Shown here: in pieces, positions 40,029 to 47,714 of the stretch
Layout: every line of letters starts with the position of its first letter
How positions within the stretch are numbered: position 1 is the first letter of the stretch
Assembly: GCA_001465015.1 (NCBI GenBank)
Contig: LNEO01000242.1
Location: 32,896 to 96,895 of the forward strand
From: Deltaproteobacteria bacterium Ga0077539
Lineage (GTDB): Bacteria > Myxococcota_A > Polyangia > Polyangiales > Ga0077539
Reading direction: 5' to 3'
DNA: 64,000 bases
The notes under the pieces: generated by a model
What the model was told of the DNA's origin: nothing
Database searches by the model: none
What the model saw: the letters and a program-made list of their open reading frames with translations, nothing else
Position numbers and translations under genes: made by a program

Positions 40029-40388
40029 TCAGGACAGGATGCGCTTTGCGCCTTCGACGCCGAGCGTCGCGACGGTCGAGTGCTTCGATCGATCGCCGCC
40101 GCGCATCGCGACGTAGAGCTGCTCGCCAGCGACCTCGAAGCCGAACACGCTGACGGTGTCGCGGTTGTGCGACGCGAGACCATTGCCGCCGCGGGCGACA
40201 TCTGCGGCGACGACGGCGAGCATTTCGCAGTCGCTGGCGTCACGGCCAGCGCTCGCCACGACCAGCCCGTCATCGGTGGCGATCGTGATCGCGTCGAGCG
40301 ACGCGCGGCTCATTTGCGCGTCGAGCAGCCACTGCAGCGCGACCGAAGAGACACTGCTGCGACGAGAACGACGTTCGCTCGCGATCAT
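40029..40388 (-). CDS. Small Roadblock/LC7-like protein (tentative)
   Basis: Interior ATG at 40388. 119 aa. The pattern LDAITIATDDGLVVASAG...EMLAVVAADVAR...FGFEVAGEQLYV is consistent with the Roadblock/LC7 (MglB-like) fold. Confidence 0.4.
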   Translation of the reverse strand: MIASERRSRRSSVSSVALQWLLDAQMSRASLDAITIATDDGLVVASAGRDASDCEMLAVVAADVARGGNGLASHNRDTVSVFGFEVAGEQLYVAMRGGDRSKHSTVATLGVEGAKRILS

Positions 40389-40519
40389 GACGAGACCTCC
40401 AACGAGCCCGCGTTCACTGCGAAAACGGCCCGCCCACGAACTGTGTCCCACATGTAGGTTGCGTCGCGAGTTTTCGACGCAGTTCGTACGGGCGATCGAT
40501 CGATCGAAGAGCGTGCGGC

Positions 40520-40954
40520 TCAGACGAGGTCGTGATCGAGGGCGTCGAACGCGGGCGGCGCGCCGTAGCGCGGCACCGGCACCGAGCCGGACTCGCGCGC
40601 GCGACGCGCGGCTTCGGCGGCTTCCTCGGCCGCGGCTCGAGCGCGTTCCATCGCGGCGTTGGCCTCGTTGGCCTGCGCTCTCGCGCGGTTCGCTTGGGCT
40701 TCTGCTGCGCGACGGGCCTGATCGGCCTCCTCGCGAGCACGTTGCTGTCGGACCCAGGGCAGCATCTCGTTGATCTGGTCGCACGCGGTCGCGCCGAGAG
40801 ACACCGCGATCGAGGCGACGAGCAACGAGCGTCGCACGCGCGGAATCGCCGGGGTCTCTGCGCTCATCGCGCCGAGAGCGCTTGCGCAAAACGGGCAACG
40901 CGACTCGTGGTGCCGCACGTGGCGGCCACAGCTGAAACAGGGGTGGAGGGCCAT
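40520..40954 (-). CDS. Zinc-ribbon / TM anchor / coiled-coil protein, paralogous at its N-terminus to the 9548 gene
   Basis: Interior ATG at 40954. CFSCGRHVRHHESRCPFCA, then the anchor SLLVASIAVSLGATAC, then an Ala/Arg/Glu-rich helical segment (AEAQANRARAQANEANAAMERARAAAEEAAEAARRARE). Confidence 0.5.
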   Translation of the reverse strand: MALHPCFSCGRHVRHHESRCPFCASALGAMSAETPAIPRVRRSLLVASIAVSLGATACDQINEMLPWVRQQRAREEADQARRAAEAQANRARAQANEANAAMERARAAAEEAAEAARRARESGSVPVPRYGAPPAFDALDHDLV

Positions 40955-41026
40955 GGTGCTCGAGATGGTAGCGCGTTCGACCGTTATGCTCGTCGTGCGA
41001 GGCAATTGTGTACGATTGGGTTCACG

Positions 41027-41707
41027 ATGGCGCTGAAGTGTCCCGAGTGTGCTGAGGAGATGAGCGAGCACGATGTTCCGACGGCGGCGATGGAGTCGAT
41101 CTATGTCGATCGATGCCCGGGCGCAGATCACAAGGAGTCGTGCGGAACCTGGTACGACCGCGGTGAGTACCAGGCGATCGATCCGAGGCTCGCGTCGCAG
41201 TCCGCGCGGCACGCGCTCTTGAGCAGCGCGCGAACTGGCAACGAGGCGAGCGCGAAGCTGCTGAGCTGTCCGCGATGCAATCACTATCGCGATTTTCCGC
41301 AGCCGCCAGAGTTCGAGCCGCCTGCCGGTGGTGCGCCGCTCGTCTCGGTGCGATTCGTGGGCGTCGATCTCGCGCTCTGCGAGCGGTGCTCGGGCGTATG
41401 GGCTCCGCGCGGCGCGGTGGACGCGGTGATTCAAGCGCTGTCTCTTCACGAGGCGGGCGAGGGCAGAGGCTCGGGTCACTATCGCGCGGCCGCGACGCTG
41501 GTGATGCGAGACAACGGAGCGCTGCGAACGCGCTGCGTCGAGTGCGACTCGATGGTCGCGTTCGACGAGAGCACGCTCGACGTCGACGGGCTGGTCTGCG
41601 TGGTGTGCGCCGCCAAGCGCGCGCGCGGCGAAGGCAAGGCGGACGCGATCGAGCCGGGATTTTGGGGGTGGATTCGCTTCGTGTTGAAGGACCTCGGGCT
41701 ACGATGA
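41027..41707 (+). CDS. Zinc-ribbon protein (TFIIB-type zf, multiple CxxC pairs)
   Basis: Interior ATG at 41027. CPECAEEM...DRCPG...CGTWYDRGE (typical of the zf-TFIIB/DUF-type ribbon), a second CPRCN...CERCSGVWAPRG unit, and a third CVEC...CVVC. Confidence 0.55.
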   Translation: MALKCPECAEEMSEHDVPTAAMESIYVDRCPGADHKESCGTWYDRGEYQAIDPRLASQSARHALLSSARTGNEASAKLLSCPRCNHYRDFPQPPEFEPPAGGAPLVSVRFVGVDLALCERCSGVWAPRGAVDAVIQALSLHEAGEGRGSGHYRAAATLVMRDNGALRTRCVECDSMVAFDESTLDVDGLVCVVCAAKRARGEGKADAIEPGFWGWIRFVLKDLGLR

Positions 41708-41729
41708 GCGAGACACAGCCGCGAGCCTC

Positions 41730-43967
41730 GTGCTTGAATCCTCGCTCGACGTGAGAGGTTCAACAGAGTTTGCGCGACCTCGGCTTCGGTGGGCGACGTC
41801 CGCGTTCGCGTTTGCGCTGGTCGCGTGCGGGCCGCCTCGCGGCAACAGCGGTGACGCTGGCAGCGACGGGCGCGTCTCGGGAGACGGCGCGGTCGTGGGC
41901 GAGGTGGCCAACGGCGCCACGCTCTACGCGCGGATGTGCGCGAGCTGTCACGGCGAGGCGGGCGAGGGCGGACGCGCGATCAAGCTCCAGGATTGGTCGC
42001 GCGGCTACGAAGCGCTGCGCCGGCCCATCGGGACGAGCATGCCCGCGGGCAACCCTGCGGCGTGCACGGGCGAGTGCCCCGATCGCATCGCCAACTTCAT
42101 TCTCACCGAGCTGACGACGCGAGCGCTCGCGTGCGACGCGCCGAGGCCGTCTCTGCGACGGCTGCGAAGGCTCACGCGAAACGAGTATCGCAACACGGTC
42201 CGCGACCTGCTCGGCGTGGGCGGCGCGGCCGTGCAGGGCGACTGCAATCGTCGAACGTTCGCGTATTTTCCCGGCGGACGGATGGTCGGCCGGGTCAACG
42301 TCGCGGGCTCGTTCAACGACTGGTCCGCGGATCGCTGGCCGATGACCTTCGACATCGCGATGGGCGCGTGGGTCACGACGCGTGAGGTCGCCGACGGGAC
42401 ACACCAATACAAGTTCGTCCTCGACGGCCGCGACTGGGTCCGCGACGAGCGCAACCCGATGACTGCGTCCGACGGCTTCGGCGGGCAAAATTCGGTGATC
42501 GTGGTGTCCTGCGGCGCTTCGATGGGATCGAGCACGGGCGTCGACGTAGCGGCCAACCTCCCTCCCGACGCGCGCTCGTCAGGGGGCGTGTTCGACAACG
42601 ACGCGACGGTCAACGTGGTGACGGCCAGCCACACGAGCGAGTACCTGCGCAGCGCCAAGGCCGTCGTCGACGCGCTCGGCGATCGGATCACGACGCTCGC
42701 GGGCTGCGACCTCCGCGCGGACAGGGCCGGGTGCGGCGCGCGCTTCGTCCGTGAGTTCGGCGCTAGGGTGTTTCGTCGGCCGCTCACCAGCGGCGAGCAG
42801 ACTCGGTACACAGCGCTCGCGATGCGCGGTTCGGACCCGGTCCTGGGCCTTCGCGTGGCGCTGCGCGGGATGCTCGTGTCGCCGTCGTTTTTGTATCGCA
42901 CAGAGCTCGGCGAACGACAGCCGGACGGCACCTACAGGCTCACGGGCTACGAGGTCGCGAGCGCGCTCTCGTACGCGCTGTGGGGGACGCTCCCCGACGC
43001 GGCGCTCACCGCGGCCGCGGCGGACGGGACGCTCTCTTCCCCAGCGGGAATCGAGCGCGAGGCGCGGAGGCTCGTGGCCGACCCGAGGGCGCGGACCGCG
43101 TTTGCGTCCTTCGCGCTGCAGTGGCTCGAGGTCGAGCCCGTCGCCAACGCCACACGAAATCAAACGCTCTACCCGACGTGGAGCGAGTCGCTGAGGGCCT
43201 CGGTGATGGAGGAGGCGCGGCGCTTCGTGACGCACGTGGTGTTCGACGGCTCGCACCGGCTCGGCGAGCTCTTCACCGCGGACTACAGCTTCGTCAACGG
43301 CGAGCTGGCGACGCACTACGGGATCTCGGGCGTGACCGGCACCAGTTTTCAACGGGCGTCCTGGCCGTCGCCAGACCGCGCCGGGGTGCTCGGGCTCTCG
43401 GCGGTGCTCGCGCGCTTCGCGCACTCGGACCAGACCTCGCCCATTCAGCGCGGGATCTTCGTGCGAGAGAACTTGCTCTGCCAGGAGTTTCCTCCGCCGC
43501 CGGCGAACGCTGGCGGGGTTCCGGACGTCGATCCCAGGGCGACGACGCGGGCGCGCTTCGCGATGCACACGTCCAACGCGGCGTGCAACGCGTGCCATCG
43601 CTACATCGACGACGTGGGCTTCGGGTTCGAGGGCTTCGACGCGATCGGCCGCGTCAGGACTACGGAGAACGGCGCGATGATCGACCGGGTCGGCTCGCTG
43701 CTAGACATCGAGTCCGACGGCGGGATGGACGCGCTTCGCTTCGCGACGCTGCGCGAGCTGGGGCAGGCGCTGTCTTCGAGCCAGAGCGCGCGGTCTTGCT
43801 TCGCGCGGCAGTACTTTCGCTACGCGCGGGGCTACCACGAGACGCTGTCGGACCGCTGCGGGGTGCGCTCGCTCGTGGCGCGCTTCGGCGCGGCGGGCGA
43901 CGATGTGCGAGAGCTGATGGTGGCGGTCTTCGCGGCGCCAGAGTTTGTTCTGAGGAGCCCACGATGA
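41730..43967 (+). CDS. DUF1587/DUF1595/DUF1592/DUF1588/DUF1585 (PSD) family protein with an N-terminal cytochrome c motif and an inserted CBM48/AMPK-beta-like glycogen-binding module
   Basis: Lipobox FALVAC. CASCHGE heme motif. LRRLTRNEYRNTVRDLLG (DUF1587). VNVAGSFNDWS...GTHQYKFVLDGRDWVRDERNP (CBM48-like, aa ~176-259). FRRPLTSGE (DUF1595). LVSPSFLYRTE (DUF1592). CNACHRYIDDVGFGFEGFD (DUF1588). Confidence 0.8.
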   Translation: MLESSLDVRGSTEFARPRLRWATSAFAFALVACGPPRGNSGDAGSDGRVSGDGAVVGEVANGATLYARMCASCHGEAGEGGRAIKLQDWSRGYEALRRPIGTSMPAGNPAACTGECPDRIANFILTELTTRALACDAPRPSLRRLRRLTRNEYRNTVRDLLGVGGAAVQGDCNRRTFAYFPGGRMVGRVNVAGSFNDWSADRWPMTFDIAMGAWVTTREVADGTHQYKFVLDGRDWVRDERNPMTASDGFGGQNSVIVVSCGASMGSSTGVDVAANLPPDARSSGGVFDNDATVNVVTASHTSEYLRSAKAVVDALGDRITTLAGCDLRADRAGCGARFVREFGARVFRRPLTSGEQTRYTALAMRGSDPVLGLRVALRGMLVSPSFLYRTELGERQPDGTYRLTGYEVASALSYALWGTLPDAALTAAAADGTLSSPAGIEREARRLVADPRARTAFASFALQWLEVEPVANATRNQTLYPTWSESLRASVMEEARRFVTHVVFDGSHRLGELFTADYSFVNGELATHYGISGVTGTSFQRASWPSPDRAGVLGLSAVLARFAHSDQTSPIQRGIFVRENLLCQEFPPPPANAGGVPDVDPRATTRARFAMHTSNAACNACHRYIDDVGFGFEGFDAIGRVRTTENGAMIDRVGSLLDIESDGGMDALRFATLRELGQALSSSQSARSCFARQYFRYARGYHETLSDRCGVRSLVARFGAAGDDVRELMVAVFAAPEFVLRSPR

Positions 43968-45337
43968 GCGTGCGATCGTTTTCGAGAAGGGCGCTGTTGC
44001 AGGGGCTCTTGGCGGGCACGGCGGCGACGGCGATCACGGCGGCCACGCGGCGGGCGATGGGCAACGGGCGCGCGCGGCGCGTGATCGTCTTCTATTATCC
44101 CGACGGAATCGCTGGTCGAAGCCAGGACGGCATGGGCACGCTCTGGTGGGCGAGCGGCGCCGGGAGCTCGCTCATGCTCAGCGAGATCTTGCAGCCGCTC
44201 GAGGCTCGCAAGGGCGACTGCGTGTTCGTGCGCGGGACGCACATGGGCTCGACCGACGAGGGCTCGCACCCAGGCGGCGCCAAGAAGCTGCTCACCAACA
44301 AAGACGGCGGCGGCGGGACGTCGATCGACCAGCACCTGGCCAACACCGTCGGCCGCGAGGCGATGCACCGGCACCTGTACCTCGGCGCGCAGGCCAACGC
44401 GAACAACGCTTCGGGAGACAAGCACATCAGCTACGCGAGCCCTGGGGTGACCGTGGCGCCCGAGGACGATCCGATCCGCGCGTTTCGCCGCCTGTTCGGC
44501 AGCGGAACCGTCGGCGGAATGCCCGCCCCCATGCCGACCAACACGGACCTCGAGGACGATCGCTCGGTGATCGACAGCGCGCTCGGCGATTTGAACGAGC
44601 TGAAGCTCCGCGCGGGAGTCTCCGAGTCGGCCAAGCTGGACTTGCACCTCGAGGCGCTGCGCGAGCTCGAGACGCGCCTTCGGGCGATGTCGATGGGGAT
44701 GATGATGGGCGCGCCTCCGCCGCCTGCGTCCTGCTCGATGCCGAGGCTCGAGTACGCAGAGCTGACGGGGTCAGCGCTGTATGCGCCCGAGAATTTTCCC
44801 AGGATTTTGCGGGCGCAAACGGACCTGATGGTGACCGCGATGGCGTGCGGTCTCACGAAGGTGGGCGTGATCCAGTGCTCGCATCACACGAGCGAGCTGA
44901 TCATGTCGCGCTTCATGGGCTCGGAGATGTTCGACCCGGGCTTCGACATGCGCAGCCACCAGGCGTCGCACTACGGAGCGCGGCAAGACCGCGGCAATCG
45001 ACTGTTTACGGACTATCTCAAGCAGCGTCGCTGGTGGGTCTCGCAGTTTGCGTACCTGCTCGAGCAGCTGCGGGCGCGGCCCGAGGGCGACGGGACGATG
45101 CTCGACAACAGCGTCGTGCTGCTCTGCAGCGAGGTGAGCGACGGCAACACGCACTCGCACGCGGACATGCCGTTCGTGGTCGCCGGGCGCGGCGGCGGGT
45201 GCATCTCGACGGGCCGCGTGATCGAGCAGAATCGACGGCACGGAGATCTCCTCGCGGCGATCGCCGGCGCGATGGGCGAGCGCGTCAGCGGCTGGGGCGA
45301 CGGCAGTGGTGAGCGGCTGCCGGGGCTGCTGAGCTGA
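43964..45337 (+). CDS. DUF1552 family protein (Tat-signal partner of DUF1592-type proteins)
   Basis: The ATG at 43964 overlaps the upstream stop (ATGA). Tat-like SRRALLQGLLAGTAATAI. The blocks SHPGG, QCSHHTS and SHADMPFVVAG are typical of DUF1552. Confidence 0.8.
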   Translation: MSVRSFSRRALLQGLLAGTAATAITAATRRAMGNGRARRVIVFYYPDGIAGRSQDGMGTLWWASGAGSSLMLSEILQPLEARKGDCVFVRGTHMGSTDEGSHPGGAKKLLTNKDGGGGTSIDQHLANTVGREAMHRHLYLGAQANANNASGDKHISYASPGVTVAPEDDPIRAFRRLFGSGTVGGMPAPMPTNTDLEDDRSVIDSALGDLNELKLRAGVSESAKLDLHLEALRELETRLRAMSMGMMMGAPPPPASCSMPRLEYAELTGSALYAPENFPRILRAQTDLMVTAMACGLTKVGVIQCSHHTSELIMSRFMGSEMFDPGFDMRSHQASHYGARQDRGNRLFTDYLKQRRWWVSQFAYLLEQLRARPEGDGTMLDNSVVLLCSEVSDGNTHSHADMPFVVAGRGGGCISTGRVIEQNRRHGDLLAAIAGAMGERVSGWGDGSGERLPGLLS

Positions 45338-47378
45338 GCGCGGTCAGAAGCGGTCGATGCGCGAGTGGCCTGTGAGAGGGACGTTCGGCGCGACGATCGC
45401 GCAGAGCGTCGAGGCCATGCGAATGTTCTGCGGGTCGAACATGAGATGCGATCGATGCACCCAAGACACCACCAGGTTCGTCGCCTTCGAGCGCCAATGA
45501 TGCAGAGCGTGACACTCCCATCGATCCACCGAGGAACACCTCGAGCACACCGGTGAACACTCGTCCTCCCCGAGCTGCGGTAGGAGCTGCAGTCGCGAGA
45601 TCTGAGTAGCCGTCACCGTTCGCGTCTCCGATTGTAGCGAGCCTTGCCCCGAAGCTGTCGAGCGCCGACGCACCATCGAGTGTTCGTGTGGGGGCAGTTG
45701 CGACCCCTGTTGGAGTGCCTCGAAAAATGCTGACAGCACCAGCTCCGTTGCGCCCGCCGGGATCGGCTTGGTATGCGCCAACGGCGACGTCGCCATAGCC
45801 ATCCCCGTCGAAGTCGCCGCCTGTGACCGCGATGCCAAACGAGTCTCCAGCGGCAACACCGTTGAGCGTCGTGGTAGTCGCCGATTGAATGCCTGTCGAG
45901 GTTCCGCGATACACGCGTACCACCCCGGCGCCGGCCATCGTGCCGGCCGTTGCGCCCGGGCACCCGACTGCAAGATCCGCGAATCCGTCGCCGTCGACGT
46001 CTGTGCTGGCGATGATCGAAGCGCCGACGAGTTCGTCTGCGAGTTCACCGGTTAGCACTCGCGACGGAGCAGCGGCGATTCCCGTCAAGGTCGAGAGAAA
46101 CACGCTGACTCGACCCACATGCGCCCGGCTGCCGATCGGAAGGCCCGGTCCACCAATGGCGAAGTCGAAGCGACCGTCGCCGTTGAAGTCGCCACCTCCC
46201 AGCGCTTCGCCCAGGCGTTCTTCTTCGACGCCTTCGAAGACATGGAACGGAATGCGCTGTAGTCCAGCGATCCCTCCAACCAACACAAAGGCGACACCAG
46301 CATTCAAGAGTCCTCGTCGCGACCCCCCTGGCGCGCCGATCAGGACGTCTGCGAACCCGTCGCCGTTGACGTCCCCTGCGGGCGAAAGAGCATGCCCCAA
46401 CAGTTCTCCCATCTGTTCTCCGTGGATCACATAGTTCGGGGTCGTCGAGAGGCCGGACGCGCTGCCATGAAACATCGCCACGCTTCCCGCGGACCCGCGC
46501 ATGCTGGGCGATGCGAGTGGCGCTCCGACCAACAAGTCACCGAAGCCATCTCCGTTTACATCGCCCGCGCTGGAAACCGACGCCCCAAACTGGGCGCCCG
46601 CCGCGTCTCCGCGAAGAACGACGTTCGGCGTTCGCGAAAAGCCTGCTCGACCGCCGTAGAACACCGACACCGTTCCAAGGTTGCTGTTGGCCCCGCTCGA
46701 ACCAACGGCGAGATCCGAGTAGCCGTCGCCATTCACGTCGAGCTCTGCGCCTTCGCTCCGATCACGGTCGCCGTCGGCGCTTCTTGCTCCAACGCGAAAC
46801 CACCAGATCGCGCTCGTCGTTACGCCTTCAACGTTTCGGCCGGCCGCAAAGCCGCGTAGACGCCAGAACCACACGCCCGCACTGAGCGCTGACGGAAGAC
46901 GGATTCGATCGCCCGTTGCCCGAAGGCGACGCTCGATGGTCGCAAAGTCACGTGTTGCACTGAGCTCGACGGTCGCCCCCTCAGCGCTCGCGCCGTTTGT
47001 CCATCGCAGAGTTGGTCTTTGGCTGGTGACGCGACTGCCGCTCAGTGGCGCGATGCTCCGCGGTGGTTCGAGCGACGGATCTTCCCGAACTGCGCTGTCG
47101 AACGCCGTGTCCGAGACCGAAACATCTGCTGCCGCTTCCACGGCAACGTCAGACAAGATGACGTCGCTTCGGTCGCTCGCGCTGTCGCCTGGCGTCGATG
47201 CGTCCCGAACGACCGCTCCATCCGGGCCGCGACAAACCGCGGCTCCGAACGACCGCTCGCAGTCGTAGATGCAACCGTATTCGGGGAAGTACTCACCACC
47301 AGGTTGACACTGCTCAGGGGGGCGACGGCACGAGCAGACGAGAGCGACGACGAGGATGAGGGAACGGATGTTGGCCAT
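45285..47378 (-). CDS. FG-GAP/VCBS (integrin-alpha-like) repeat protein; 3' end uncertain
   Basis: Signal peptide LILVVALVCSC. About 7 repeats of FG.S(V/L)...GD(V/F)NGDG(Y/F).D(L/V).VG. The last repeat breaks off after GASIAS. A 52-codon Arg/His/Pro-rich tail (45285-45443) then overlaps the DUF1552 gene by 53 nt. Confidence 0.75.
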   Translation of the reverse strand: MANIRSLILVVALVCSCRRPPEQCQPGGEYFPEYGCIYDCERSFGAAVCRGPDGAVVRDASTPGDSASDRSDVILSDVAVEAAADVSVSDTAFDSAVREDPSLEPPRSIAPLSGSRVTSQRPTLRWTNGASAEGATVELSATRDFATIERRLRATGDRIRLPSALSAGVWFWRLRGFAAGRNVEGVTTSAIWWFRVGARSADGDRDRSEGAELDVNGDGYSDLAVGSSGANSNLGTVSVFYGGRAGFSRTPNVVLRGDAAGAQFGASVSSAGDVNGDGFGDLLVGAPLASPSMRGSAGSVAMFHGSASGLSTTPNYVIHGEQMGELLGHALSPAGDVNGDGFADVLIGAPGGSRRGLLNAGVAFVLVGGIAGLQRIPFHVFEGVEEERLGEALGGGDFNGDGRFDFAIGGPGLPIGSRAHVGRVSVFLSTLTGIAAAPSRVLTGELADELVGASIIASTDVDGDGFADLAVGCPGATAGTMAGAGVVRVYRGTSTGIQSATTTTLNGVAAGDSFGIAVTGGDFDGDGYGDVAVGAYQADPGGRNGAGAVSIFRGTPTGVATAPTRTLDGASALDSFGARLATIGDANGDGYSDLATAAPTAARGGRVFTGVLEVFLGGSMGVSRSASLALEGDEPGGVLGASIASHVRPAEHSHGLDALRDRRAERPSHRPLAHRPLLTALSSAAPAAAHHCRRPSR

Positions 47379-47532
47379 AGGAGCGTTCTTCGACGGCGCC
47401 GAGTCATCAGCGTTGGAATGGCCGGCGATGCAACATCGCCGGTGCGGTTCTGTCCAGGTGGGGCGCGATATCGCAGTGCGCCTCGAGAGTGTTGCGCCCT
47501 CTCGACACTTTCTTGCGATTGCTTGGCGCTGA

Positions 47533-47694
47533 CCCCCGCCGTTCGTCGTGGCGGGCCGCAGTGGTGGCCGCGTCTCGACGGGCCGCGTGATCGAGCAGAA
47601 TCGACGCCACGAGGATCGGCTCGCGGAGATCGCTGGCTCGATGGGAGAACGCGTCGACGGAAGCGGCGAGTGGCCGCCGGAGTTCGTGAGCTGA
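47533..47694 (+). pseudogene. Degenerate duplicate of the last ~53 codons of a DUF1552 gene (gene remnant)
   Basis: Translation PPPFVVAGRSGGRVSTGRVIEQNRRHEDRLAEIAGSMGERVDGSGEWPPEFVS-stop aligns with MPFVVAGRGGGCISTGRVIEQNRRHGDLLAAIAGAMGERVSGWGDGSGERLPGLLS-stop at 45172-45337. It is preceded by an in-frame TGA (47530-47532) and has no upstream homology. Confidence 0.65.
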
Positions 47695-47714
47695 ACGCCG
47701 CGCGTGTCGGTCTC

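Noticed and set aside
45344-46048. 234-aa alternative-frame ORF inside the FG-GAP gene. Its end (…TGHSRIDRF) would avoid the overlap with the DUF1552 gene.
   Set aside because: It has no FG-GAP or other motifs. No frame restores the missing GD.NGDG of the last blade, so a simple frameshift does not explain the truncated 3' end.
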